The notes below the pieces were generated by a model, which was not told the DNA's origin, searched no databases, and worked only from the letters and a program-made list of their open reading frames with translations. A stretch of DNA of 64,000 nucleotides from assembly GCA_038087875.1 (NCBI GenBank), contig CM075993.1, positions 1,428,001 to 1,492,000 on the forward strand. The letters are read 5' to 3'. The DNA is from Malacoraja senta. Taxonomy: Eukaryota. The position numbers and the translations under genes are program-made. Positions 23,522 through 35,604 of the stretch are shown one piece after another (position 1 is the stretch's first letter; each line of letters starts with the position of its first letter).

Positions 23522-24765
23522 TAATAATAAAAGCTTTATTTCAGACACAGGTCCATAGAACACATCATACAGTATAAGGAGATACAAAAATACATATAAA
23601 ATTGCATATTAGCCTATAAGATATACAAGCTATTGCACCAATGCCGTCTTAGCCTAGAAGTGAATCTATAGCAGCTTTTCAGAGGGCTGACTAGGGCTTC
23701 AATTATGTGGTTCTCTGACTAATCCAGGCGACACATTAAACTAAACATCAGCTAGTGCCTCACAGGTTGGCACTCTATTGGACACAAACAATTGACTGGC
23801 ACTATGCCATCTAGGGACACCAAGTAGCAACCTCATTGCATCATTGTATGCTACCTTGAGCCTCTGCATACTCTTTTTTATTATAATTAGACCACAATTG
23901 AGCAGTATATAACGGTGTGATGTAGGTTCTGAACAGTGAACACTTCACAGAGTCAGAGCACATAGAAAACTTCCTTATAAGCATGTTAGCTTGAAGATCA
24001 ATTTTACAGCGGTGTCGGTAGAGGTCTTTGTCATCCGTCCAGTCATCAGATATGACATGACCTAGGTATTTAATTTCCTCACACACAGCAAGACGACTGT
24101 CTGACAAATAAAAAGTTGGAAAAGTTGATTTCCTGTCCTCAGCGCTTCTAACTATCATTATGCGGCTTTTCTTAGCGTTATACTTGATGTCATAATCAAG
24201 GCCATACTGAGAGCACACCTTGAGCATCTGCTGCAGCCCAACACTATATGGACAGAGCAGGACCAGGTCATCTGCATACATAAGATGATTAACAATAGTG
24301 TTGCCCACAAGACAGCCAGTTTTTAACCTATTTAACTGATTTGACAATTCATCCATATAAACATTAAATAAAATAGGAGACAAAATTCCTCCTTGCCGCA
24401 CTCCGTTACTAACACAGAATGGAGCAGATACAACATTGTCCCATTTAACCTGAAACGTTTGATGGGCATACCAAAACACTAAAATTCTCACTAAGAATTT
24501 AGGGGCACCTCTATCTAGCAATTTTACAAACAATTGTTCATGATTAATTCTATCAAATGCCTTGGACGCATCAATAAAACATAGAAATACAGATGAATTC
24601 AGACTTGTGTACCTGAACACAATCTCTATAAGAGCATAGATACACAGGTCAGTTCCATGTTTTCTTTTGAACCCAAACTGATTGTCAGTAGTAAGGACAT
24701 ACATTTCTAGCTTTGTCAACAGTATTCTCTCCAGTACTTTAGATAAGATACTGGCTAATGCAATA
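23522..24765 (-). mobile_element. Non-LTR retrotransposon RT and 3' end, non-CR1 (clade unresolved, possibly RTE-X or L2 group)
   Basis: ORF 23841-24836: PIALASILSKVLE...NQFGF...FIDASKAFD...GVRQGGILSPILFNVYMD...HLMYADD...IKYLG; aataaa followed by a (TTA)n tail at about 23522-23540. Confidence 0.85.
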
Positions 24766-25300
24766 GGCAATATGTGCAGGAGTAGGTCATTCAGCCAGCA
24801 CCGCCATTCAATGTGATCATGGCTGATCATCCCCAATCAGTACCCCGTTCCTGCCTTCTCCCCATATCCCCTGACTCCGCTATCTTTAAGAGACCTATCT
24901 AGCTCTCTCTTAAAAGTATCCAGAGAACCGGCCTCCACTGCCCTCTGAGGCAGAGAATTCCACAGACTCACAACTCTCTGTGAGAAAAAGTGTTTCCTCA
25001 TCTCCATTCTAAATGGCTTACCCCTTATTCTTAAACTGTGGCCCCCTGTTCTGGACTCCCCCAACGTCGGGAACATGTTTCCTGCCTCTTGCCTCCAAAC
25101 CCTTAATAATCTTATATGTTTCAATAAGATCCCTTCTCATCCTTCTAAACTCCAGTGTGTACAAGCCCAGTCGCTCCATTCTCTCAGCATATGACAGTCC
25201 CGCCATCCCGGGAATTAACCTGGTGAACCTACGCTGCACTCCCTCAATAGCGAGAATGTCCTTTCTCAAATTAGGGGACCAAAACTGCACACAATACTCC
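24766..25300 (-). mobile_element. CR1-clade LINE 3' fragment
   Basis: EYCVQFWSPNLRKDILAIEGVQRRFTRLIPGM...RGYGEKAGTGY with a frameshift. Confidence 0.9.
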
Positions 25301-26454
25301 TTCCCCACAGATGCTGACTCACCTGCTAAGTATCTCCAGAACTTTTCTAACTTAATTACAAATTTGCGGCGTCTGCAATATTTTTGATTTGAGAAGGTAC
25401 AAAAGTCACATGACGAGATTGGAATCAAGGCCTCCTTGCTCCCCAGAGACTGTTTAAAGTTAAGGAGCTTCGGTGCCAACAGACCCTAATTCCGATGGTG
25501 TTCTGTATTTATATCAGTATGATCCACATCTTGGCCAGTTCTTACGTCTTGGGGCTAGGGGAAGGTTGACATTTTTCCCCAAGAAAACCACGCTGAATTA
25601 TCTGTCCATTCCATCAAACTGCAATAAAAATCTTTAAATGTTGGATTCGGGATGTCTGCTACAGGGAGAGGTCAGGCAAACCTGGATTAGTTTCTCTCAA
25701 ACACCAGACTTTCAGGGTGGACTAATCACGTGAGGCAAAGATCGGCTTGCAGTCAGAAACTTTTTTCCAGGATAGAAATACCAAACACTAGAGGGCATCA
25801 GGTGAGCGGGGCAAAGTTTAAAGGAGATGTGCGGGGAATTTCTTTTTTACACAGAGGGTGGTGGGTGCCTGGAACGCGCTGCCAGGGCTGGTGGTGGTGG
25901 AGGCAGACACGATAGTGGCGTTTAAGAGACTTTTGGATAGGCACATGGATATGCAGGGAATGGAGGGAAGTGGATTGTGTGCAGACAGATAAGAATTGGC
26001 GTTGGCATCATGTTCGGCACAGACATTGTGGGCCGAAGGGCCTGTTCCTGTTCTGTGTTCTATGTTCTAAACACAGAACTATTTGATATTTCCAGCATTT
26101 GTTTTTGTTTCTCAATCAAACCACAAGTTGGTTTTCCATTAGTTTCTTGCCAGCTGTTATCAGGCAACGGAACCATCCTACCACAACCAGAGAGCAGTAT
26201 CTACCTCATTGGTGACCCTCGGACTATCCCTGATCGGGCTTTGCTAGCTTTACCTTGCACTAAATGTTATTCCATTATGCTGTGTATCCGTACACTGTAA
26301 ATGGCTCGATTGTAATCATGTATTGTCTTTCTGCCGACTGGTTAGCACGCAACAAAAAGTTTTTCACTGTACCTCGGTACACGGGACAATAAATGCTGTA
26401 CGTTCCCCCCGTGGGTTTTCTCCGAGATCTTCAGTTTCCCCCCACACTCCAGAG

Positions 26455-26953
26455 ACGTAGAAACATAGAAAATAGGTGCAGGAGGGGGCCATTCGGCCCT
26501 TCGAGACTGCACCGCCATTCATTGTGATAATGGCTGATCGTCCCCTCTCAATAACCCGTGCCTGCCTTCTCCCCATATCCCTTGATTCCACTAGCCCCTA
26601 GAGCTCTATCTAACTCTCTCTCTTAAATCCATCCAGTGATTTGGCCTCCACTGCCGTCTGTGGCAGGGAATTCCACAAATTCACAACTCTCTGGGTGAAA
26701 AAGTTTTTTCTCACCTCAGTTTTAAATAGCCTCCCTTTTATTCTAAGACTGTGGCCCCTGGTTCTGGACTCGCCCAACATTGGGAACATTTTTCTTGCAT
26801 CTAGCTTGTCCAGTCCTTTTATACTTTTATATGTTTCTATAAGAACCTCCCCCCCTCATCCTTCTAAACTCCAGTGAATACAAGCCTAGTCTTTTCAATC
26901 TTTCCTCATATGTCAGTCCATCCCAGGGATCAATCTCGTGAACCTACGATGCA
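26455..26953 (-). mobile_element. CR1-clade LINE 3' fragment
   Basis: Reverse complement of the CR1 C-terminus and 3' UTR; interrupts a V-SINE piece. Confidence 0.8.
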
Positions 26954-27643
26954 AATATTTAGTGCTCAGTCTGTTCTCAAATGTAATTGTCACTAAGGTG
27001 TAATTGATATGTTGATAAGCATTGCCGTTGTTGCTGCATGCTTAAGATTGAAGATAGACACAAAAAGCTGGAGTAACTCAGCGGGACAGGCAGCATCTCT
27101 GGAGAGAAGGAAAGGGTGACATTTCAGGTCGAGAGCATTCTTCAGACTGAGAGTCAGAGTAGAGGGAGACAGAGAGATAGGAGAGGTTTATGGGCCAAAC
27201 ACGCACAGGTGGGACTAGTGTAGATGAGCATCTTGGTTGGCATGGGCATGTTGGGCCGAAGGGCCTGTTTCCATGCTGTGTGACTATGACTCCATCAATC
27301 AAAAGATAAACGATCAAATGTTAAGAAACTGGAGACTGATTGAATTGCAAATGCTGGAATCGTCAACAAAACACAAAATACTGGAGGAACTCAACAGATC
27401 AGGGAATGGACAGACGTTTGGGTCGGGACCTTTCTTCAGCTTGATCATGCCAGTTGTAAACGGACACTAGACAAAAAATGCTGGAGAAATTCAGCGGGTG
27501 AGGCAGCATCTATGGAGGAAAGGAGGAGTAGGTGATGTTTCGGGTTGAGAAACAGGCATGTACATGAGTGCATCCAAATTGAAAATAAGATTCTTTATTT
27601 TGCTTTTTTTCAGAATCTCGTTGAGTCACAGAGTGACTAAGCC

Positions 27644-27683
27644 ATGGAGCAGTCTTCTTTTCTCTTGCTACTGCTATTTATAG
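27644..27683 (+). CDS. Mucin first coding exon, signal peptide start MEQSSFLLLLLFI-G (exon begins at 27614)
   Basis: Acceptor ttttttcag ends at 27613; strong Kozak gccATGG; hydrophobic core; phase-1 donor G|gtacgt joins in frame to 30513 giving MEQSSFLLLLLFIGSTTLQAAAQ. Confidence 0.8.
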
Positions 27684-27984
27684 GTACGTGAAGCATTCTA
27701 CACATCTCAGTAAATGTGCATGAAAGTCGATTAGACTTACTCTGCTGGTTATAATGAAACTAATGTAAGCTGATGGGATAGAAACTGGGGTCTCTTAAAA
27801 AAATAAGGATGATATAGGGGAGCAAGTGGTAGAGTTGCTACCTCACAGCGCCTGAGACCCACGTTCAATTCTGACCTCGGGTGCTGTCTGTAGGGTGTTT
27901 GCATGTTCTCCCTGTGACCGGGTGGCTTTCCTCCCGTTGCTATGGTTTCCTCCCACATCCCAAAGACGCGCAGGTTTGTAGGTT

Positions 27985-28353
27985 GACAACAGTGCTGGAG
28001 AAACTCAGCGGGTGCAGCAGCATCTATGGAGCGAAGGAAATAGGCAACGTTTCGGGACGAAACGTTGCCTATTTCCTTCGCTCCATAGAAGAAGGGTTTC
28101 GGCCCGAAACGTTGCCTATTTCCTTCGCTCCATAGAAGAAGGGTTTCGGCCCGAAATGTTGCCTATTTCCTTCGCTCCATAGAAGAAGGGTTTCGGGACG
28201 AAACGTTGCCTATTTCCTTCGCTCCATAGAAGAAGGGTTTCGGCCCGAAACGTTGCCTATTTCCTTCGCTCCATAGATGCTGCTGCACCCGCTGAGTTTC
28301 TCCAGCACTTTTGTCTACCTTCGATTTTCCTGCAACTGCAGTTCCTTCTTAAA
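27985..28353. mobile_element. Penelope-derived fold-back element with 47-nt tandem units, inserted into a V-SINE
   Basis: 14-bp direct repeat caggtttgtaggtt at 27971-27984 and 28354-28367; SINE halves on both sides. Confidence 0.8.
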
Positions 28354-28644
28354 CAGGTTTGTAGGTTAACTGGCATCGGTTAAATTGCCCCCTTGTATGT
28401 TGGGACTGGATGGGAGAGTGCGATAACATGGAACGGGCTGAAGGGTCTGTTTCCATGCTGTAACTCGAAACTAAACGACACTAAACGAAACTAACCGAAA
28501 CTAAACCAATACCAAGTGGCTGGTCCCAACCTACTATATTCTGTACTCTTTCCATGTGCTCTCCCTAATGGACGGGTTTGGCCTGATTGTATATTAATCT
28601 AGTATGATCTGATTTGATTGGTAGCAAACATAAACAAAGCTTTT

Positions 28645-28988
28645 CTTATGGGGTTGGACAGGCTAGATGCAGGAAGATTGTTCCCGATGTTGGGGAAGTC
28701 CAGGACAAGGGGTCACAGCTTAAGGATAAGGGGGAAATCCTTTAAGACCGAGATGAGGAAAAACTTTTTCACACAGAGAGTGGTGAATCTCTGGAACTCT
28801 CTGCCACAGAGGGTAGTTGACGCCAGTTCATTGGCTATATTTAAGAGGGAGTTAGATGTGGCCCTTGTGGCTAAAGGGATCAGGGGGTATGGAGAGAAGG
28901 CAGGTACGGGATACTGAGTTGGATGATCAGCCATGATCATATTGAATGGCGGTGCAGGCTCGAAGGGCCGAATGGCCTACTCCTGCAC
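28645..28988 (+). mobile_element. CR1-clade LINE 3' fragment
   Basis: GLDRLDAGRLFPMLGKSRTRGHSLRIRG...RGYGEKAGTGY. Confidence 0.9.
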
Positions 28989-29879
28989 ATGAATAAATCT
29001 CACCAAATCTAATGGGCTGGGACGCGGGAATGGGGTGGTGTCTTCATGTGTGGGAAGGAACTGCAGATGCTGGTTTAAACCGAAGATAGACACAAAATGC
29101 TGGAGTAACTCAGCGGGACGGGCAGCATCTCTGGAGAGAAGGAATGGGTGAAGTTTCGGGTCGAGACACCTCTTCAGAGTGAAAGGAAATCCATTGTGCT
29201 TCATTCCCAAATTCCCCCCCGCTGTCCCCTTACCGACCCCAATATGACCTCTCTTCCACCGACAATGGATGCGGAGAGCTTCCACAGCCCGACAAGTCAA
29301 CCACCCAGTCTACACTCATCCTACATCCATCTTACTTTGTTTAATCTCCAACATTTCCATGAGCTACACCATGGCTTCAGCCATTCACTTCCACAATTTA
29401 AAGTGGCCAATTAATTGACCAACTTGCACGTCTTTGGATGTGGGGGTGAGAAGAACGTGCAAACTCCACAGACAGCGGCCAAGGTCAGGATTGGACCCAG
29501 TCCACGCGTATACTAAGGCAGTGAATTTCCTCACTATTCCACCATGCCAACTTTGTCCGTTAAAAGAGGCACACCTGATTTAGTAATGTCCTTCTTAATG
29601 GATGGGCATTTACATCATAAGCTCCTTACCAAAATCATGCCCACCTTCCTCTGTTCAATCTCTACCATCAACCCAGCCAGTTGCTGATGTAATGCAAATT
29701 CCTCACAATATTATGGTGTCTGCGCAGTCATGTAAGGGTGCAGGAGTAGTCACGCAAGGCCACAAATATCCCACCAGAACCCATCCAACATGAGGGACAC
29801 AAACTCCTGCCTACATCTGCACGGCACCAAGAACCTTGGTGCAAAGACTATTCCCAACCCATTGCAACTGTCTGTCTTT

Positions 29880-30180
29880 AGTTTTAAAGGAAACAGGCCT
29901 TTCGGCCCACCGAGTCCGCGCTGACCAGCGATCCCCGCACACTAACACTATCCTACACACACTAGGGACAATTTACAATTATACCAAACCAATTAACCTA
30001 CAAACCTGTACGTCTTTGGAGTGTGGGAGGAAACCGAAGACCTCAGAGAAAACTCACGCAGGTCACGGGGAGAAGGTACAAATGCTGTGCAGTCAGCGCT
30101 CGGAGTTGGGATCGAACCTGGGTCTCCGGCGTTGTAAAAGCTGTAAGGCAGCAACTCAACCGGTGCGTCACCGTACCGCC
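29880..30180 (-). mobile_element. V-SINE (HE1-like)
   Basis: Reverse complement of the consensus. Confidence 0.75.
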
Positions 30181-30512
30181 CACAAATGTCTAATGTAACT
30201 GAGTCAAAGGCAGATATGCCAAAGAAATAGAGCTGGAGTAATGCAAGCCTGGTACCCAAGCTTAATGTGTGGCATACTGCTGGAGTCCAGAGTCCAAGTA
30301 TCACCTGACACAGATAGTGACATAATACTCAGATATCAGTCTCAAAAGGAGATGAAGGTACAGAAACTGGACCTAACAGCACACAAATAGAGGAGAAACT
30401 TGTGGGTCTTGGGATGATGCAAGCATTAATGTCATAGGGAAGATTAAAATTAATTTTCGACAAAATTACAAACTAATAATGATGTTTTCTTCATTCAACA
30501 TTGCACCACCAG

Positions 30513-31261
30513 GTTCCACCACACTACAGGCAGCAGCACAAAGTAGTACATCTGAACCAACAACCACTGGTACAACAGAATCATCAACTACACCTGGACC
30601 AACAACTACAGGTACAACAGAATCACCACCTACACCTGGACCAACAACTACAGGTGTAATTGAATCACCAACTACACCTGGACCAACAACTACAGGTACA
30701 ACAGAATCACCAACTACACCTGGACCAACAACTACAGGTGTAACTGAATCACCAACTGCACCTGCACCAACAACTACAGGTGTAACTGAATCACCAACTA
30801 CACCTGGACCAACAACTACAGGTGTAACTGAATCACCAACTACACCTGGACCAAAAACTACAGGTGTAACTGAATCACCAACTACACCTGGACCAAAAAC
30901 TACAGGTGTAACTGAATCACAAACTACACCTGGACCAACAACTACAGGTGTAACTGAATCACCAACTGCACCTGGACCAAAAACTACAGGTACAACAGAA
31001 TCACCAACTACACCTGGACCAACAACTACAGGTGTAACTGAATCACAAACTACACCTGGACCAACAACTACAGGTGTAACTGAATCACCAACTACACCTG
31101 GACCAACAACCTCCAGTACGACTGAATCAACTACAACCACACAAACTCTGGTTGTCGCTAATGTCCCACTCTCTTTCAGTATTGATGGTGATTTTGAACC
31201 AAGTTTAAATAATCGAAGTTCTCCCAGGTTCCAATCCTTGGCTTCCGGTATTATTCAAGGG
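30513..31261 (+). CDS. Mucin exon: PTS domain 1 (14-aa PTTTGVTESPTTPG repeats) plus N-terminal part of SEA-a1
   Basis: Acceptor ccag|GT at 30513 (phase 1); 42-nt repeats; ends VVANVPLSFSIDGDFEPSLNNRSSPRFQSLASGIIQG|gtaagt (phase 0). Confidence 0.9.
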
Positions 31262-31329
31262 GTAAGTTCCCTTATTCTCTGTGGATCTATTTATTAATCT
31301 CTCATTGATCCTATTTCTTTTTATGAAAT

Positions 31330-31630
31330 AATAATAATAATAATAATGGATGGGATTTATATAGCGCCTTTCTAATACTCAAGGCGCTTTACATCGCATT
31401 ATTCATTCACTCAGTCACACTCGGTGGTGGTGAGCTACTTCTGTAGCAACAGCTGCCCTGGGGCAGACTGACGGAAGCGTGGCTGCTAATCTGCGCCTAC
31501 GGCCCCTCCGACCACCACCAATCACTCACACACATTCACACACATTCACACGCAGGCAAAGGTGGGTGAAGTGTCTTGTCCAAGGACACAACGACAGTAT
31601 GCACTCCAAGCGGGAGTGCATACATTAGAT
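31330..31630 (-). mobile_element. CORE-type SINE fragment with L2-like tail
   Basis: Minus strand gtgtccttggacaagacacttcaccc (CORE-like) and gtaaagcgccttgag...aaaggcgctatataaat plus a (TTA)n tail; absent from the paralogous introns. Confidence 0.7.
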
Positions 31631-31639
31631 GATACATTA

Positions 31640-31770
31640 GAACTGGTGCTGGGGGATTTCAATATGCAGGTAGACTGGGAAAATCAGGTTGGTTCAGCAC
31701 CCCAAGAAAGAGAGTTTGTAGAATGCCTCTGAGATGGGTTCTTAGAGCAGCTTGTAATGGAGCCGACCAG
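31640..31770 (+). mobile_element. CR1 endonuclease fragment (copies at ~38470-38597 and ~53579-53706)
   Basis: Translates to LVLGDFNMQVDWENQVGSAPQEREFVECL*DGFLEQLVMEPTR. Confidence 0.75.
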
Positions 31771-31779
31771 AACCGACAT

Positions 31780-32045
31780 GAAACATGAAATTAAAGTGAC
31801 GAGTGGAAGGATTGGGGATGGGGGATGGGGGGGGGGGGTGAATGGGAGTCAGTCTCAGTCTACTCCATGACAGAAGGGGAGGAGTTGTACAGTTTGATAG
31901 CCAAAGGGAAGAAAGATCTCCTGTGGAGTTCTGTGCTGCATCTTGGTGGAACCAGTCCATTGCTGAAGGTGCTCCTCAGGTTGACCAGTGAGTCTTGGAG
32001 GGGGATGGAGGGAGCTGTATTGTCCAGGATGCTCCCCTCCAAGAC
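31780..32045 (-). mobile_element. Rex1/Babar-type LINE 3' fragment (copies at ~38600-38865 and ~53710-53985)
   Basis: STFSNGLVPPRCSTELHRRSFFPLAIKLYNSS. Confidence 0.65.
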
Positions 32046-33050
32046 CACCTCCCATGAATCCCATCCGGAATGAACTGACAGAGGAGGTCGTTGACAGGTT
32101 TTGGAGCGTTCTTTTCCTTTTTAAGGAATACTGTCGAGGTTTTACAGTAGATGTTCTTAATGGCATGTTTTAATTTAGTGTGCTTTAAGTATAAGATTGG
32201 CACTTCAACAATAAAGTGCAGGATAACGTTACATCTCTGAATCTCTGAGGAGATTCGCTGAGTGGAGTTTCCTATCTTAAGCCACGTTGTCAGAGACAGG
32301 CCATTTCAATCTTTCAAAAGAGAAAAGCTCTGCATAATTTGGGGAAAATATTGTACAAGGGAACTAGTTAAGTGTGGCTGAATGATGCTGACCGGTTTGC
32401 CCTACTGGTTGCTAGCATGGGCCAGCTGGGCTGAATGGTCTCCTTCCCTGCCCTTATGTTCCATGAGTCTGATACTTGTACAGGACTGAGCAAATGCTCC
32501 AGTGATGAATAACACAAAGTGTAGGATTAACACAGCAGGTCAGGCAGCCTCTCCAAAAGACATGACTAGGCGATGTTTCAGATTGGGACCCTTCTTTGGA
32601 CTGATTGTCTGCACCCAAAATATCACCGATTCACTTTCTGTACAAAATGGTAAGAATGCTGTCCATAGCTTCCCTGGGGGGTAGGAACACATTGGGTAAG
32701 GCTCAGTGGTCAGAAGGAATCATAATATATAAAAATATAAGATATTAGAATATTCACGGTTGAAGCAATGGAAGTGGCTGGGAAGTCAAGCCACCTGTCT
32801 CATTAATTCTCCTCCCTGCTCCCACTCTGATTTGCTTGCCCTTTGACCAAAGTTCAGTTCAGTTTATTGTCATGTGTACCAAGGTAGAGTGAAAAGCTTT
32901 TGTTGTGTGCTAACCAGTCGGCGGAAAGGGAATACATGATGGTCGGTGATATGGCCACTCAAAATGTTAGTGTGGTTAACATTTCATAGTTTTGCTATTT
33001 ATTTATTAAACGATTTCAAATTAATCTTCATATATGTATTTATTTTAAAG

Positions 33051-33109
33051 CTTAATATGGTGTATGGAATAAACCCCGATTTCCGTCAAGCAATTGTCAA
33101 TAGTTTCAG
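33051..33109 (+). CDS. Mucin exon: SEA-a1 middle exon LNMVYGINPDFRQAIVNSF-R
   Basis: ttttaaag|CTT...TTC AG|gtaagg; 59 nt; phases 0 and 2. Confidence 0.88.
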
Positions 33110-34402
33110 GTAAGGAATATACAATTTGCATCTCTTGACCGTGGGCAGTCAATTAATTTAATATATTTTAACCTCCACCTAAAGGGGGTGCGAATAGAAA
33201 AAAAATCAGGTCCACTGCAAGGAACCGACTAATGACTGGAGTTCTACCGTTAGAGCACAGAGGTTGATTAGAGAAAATATGCCCCAGAACAGAGTACAAC
33301 ATGGGAACTGGACTTTCAGTCTGAAGAAGGGTCTCGACCCGAAACGTCACCCATTCCTTCTCTCCAGAGATGCTGCCTGTCCCGCTTAGTTACTCCAGCT
33401 TTTTGTGTCTATCTTCGGTTTAAGTTCCTTCCTGCACACTGGAACAGGCCTTTTTGCCCACTATGTTGTCCGTCCTGGTATTTTGCTCTGGTATTTTATT
33501 TAATTCACATGTTTAATCGATAATGTTTTATTATCAATGTTTAATGTTTTATGTGTCATTCCTAACTGTCACTATGTCATGTTGTCACTTCCGGCGGAGC
33601 ACCAAGGCAAATTCCTTGTATGTGAATACTTGGCCAATAAACCTATTCATTCATTCATTCATACAAGTAAACCCAATTATCTCCACATGGCATCTATCCA
33701 TCTATTCCCAGCCTGTACATGTCTCTGTCTTAATGCCTCTAACATTGCTGTCGTATTTACTGTACTTCCACCACCACCAGTGTAGTATGTTCCAGGCACC
33801 CACCACTCTCTGTGTAAAAATCCTGCCTCCCATATCTGCTTTAAACTCCCCCCACCCCCCCCCCCCCCTCTCATCTTAAAGCTCTGCCCTCTAGTATTTG
33901 TCATTACTGGGGGAAAATATATATTGTCGACCATATCTACGCCTCTCAGAATTTTATAAACCTCTATCAGATCTCCCCTCGGCCTCTGATGCTCCACAGA
34001 AAACAATCCAAGTGTGTTTAACCTCTTCTTATAGCTATTACTCCTTAATCCAGGCATTGTTCCGTTTACAACCCAGCGGGATGAATATAGACAAAATGTG
34101 TAGGAATGAACTGGAGATACATAGACACAAAAAAGCTGGAGTAACATGTGTCCTTTGAACTTTTGGCTTAAGATGGTTCTGGATCTGGATTTAGAAACAA
34201 GGAACTGCAGATGCTGGTTAATACATAAAAGCGCACAAAGTGCTGGAGTAACTCAACAGCATCTCTGGATAACATGGATGGGTGATGTTTTGGGATGAGA
34301 CCCTTCTACAGACTAAAGAAGGGTCTCGACCCGAAACATCACCCATCTTTTTTCTCCACCTTTACTCCAGCATTTTGTGTCTATCTTAGGGAAGGTTTAG
34401 AG

Positions 34403-34581
34403 CAGTGGTTCTTAACCTTTTTGGCACCAGTACGCGAATACGTGAACAAAATACTGTATGTGGTATGTACCTTTGTTAGGTTTTCAACAAATTGATATGT
34501 TATTTGTGTCCCCTTAATGACCCCTGGAAGAGCCCCAAACGACCCCCACGGGGGGTTACGACCCCCAGGTTAAGACCACTG
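34403..34581. mobile_element. hAT (Charlie-like) MITE; copies at 41211-41388 and 56329-56506
   Basis: TIRs cagtggttcttaacct / aggttaagaccactg; 8-bp TSD gtttagag on both sides. Confidence 0.85.
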
Positions 34582-34813
34582 GTTTAGAGGATATGGGCCC
34601 AACGCGGGCAAATGTGACTAGCCTAGATGGCCATCTTGGTCAGCATGGGCGGGTTGGGCCGAAGGGCCTGTTTCTGTGCTGTATGTCTATGGCCATCTAT
34701 TACTAGTTCAATACTTGTTCCAAACTCCTGTCTAACCATAGCTCTCAATATGTGATTTGAAATAAACTGGATATTGCAGTTCATGTATTACCAGGTGAAT
34801 TTATTTCTTCTAG

Positions 34814-34968
34814 GAATGGATCAATTGTCGCAAACTGTACCCTAGAGTATGAAAACAACGCCACACTGCCCACTGAGTCCAAAGTGGTGAGACTATTGCT
34901 GAATAATTTAGTAAACGGCACAGATTTAGGAAACGTCACCCTTTTTCCAACGACCATCAGTTCTGGTG
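34814..34968 (+). CDS. Mucin exon: SEA-a1 C-terminal exon (R)NGSIVANCTLEYENNATLPTESKVVRLLLNNLVNGTDLGNVTLFPTTISSG
   Basis: ttcttctag|G...GGT G|gtaagt; 155 nt; phases 2 and 1; completes the SEA motif FRNG^SIVA. Confidence 0.9.
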
Positions 34969-35604
34969 GTAAGTGTTATAAATCATGCTGCAACTTTCAC
35001 AACGCAAGAGCTACCTGATTGATTGTTGCAAAGACTGATTCAAAGATCCTATAGCGGAGCTTGCTATAGGATCTTTGGACTGATGTACATGGATAGGCCA
35101 GGTGCGGAGGGACATGGACCAAACGCAGGCAGGTGGGACTAGTGTAGATGGGGCATGTTGGCCGGTGTGGGCAAGTTGGGCCGAAGGACCTGTTTCCACA
35201 TTGTATCACTCTCTGACTAACTAGCAGGTTGAAGTTGACTGGTCAATGTTATTCGTAATGGTGAAAGGGTCAGAAATAAAGATTCCATTGAAGACATTTC
35301 TCCCATATTCCCCCTAATAATGTTCTCACCCTGTGAATGAATTAAAAAAAACTTGCATTGGAATACGTTTAAGAAAGAACTGCAGATGCTGGTAAAATCA
35401 AAGGTAGACACAAAATGCTGGAGAAACTCAGCGGGTGAGGCAGCATCTGTGGAGAGAAGGAATTGGCAACATTTCAGGTCGAGACCCTTCTATTTTTGAT
35501 GTTCTGTTATAGTAAGTCACAAGGTGATGGAGAGATTTAGTGCAGCCCACAGGCCCTTCGGCCCACAGAGTCCATGCTGACCAGCGACCACCTGCTCACA
35601 CTAG

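Noticed and set aside
23841..24836. 331-aa ORF as a host gene or a complete RT
   Set aside because: The N-terminus is CR1 3' UTR read in frame; the remainder is a 5'-truncated retrotransposon RT with a frameshifted end.
28021..28270. CRISPR-like regularly spaced palindromic repeats
   Set aside because: Units are head-to-tail with no unique spacers, there are no cas genes, the context is eukaryotic, and the units derive from Penelope ends.
30479..30512. ATG at 30479 as the mucin start
   Set aside because: It lies upstream of the acceptor at 30512 and gives no signal peptide; the exon at 27644 supplies a Kozak ATG and hydrophobic leader in the right phase.
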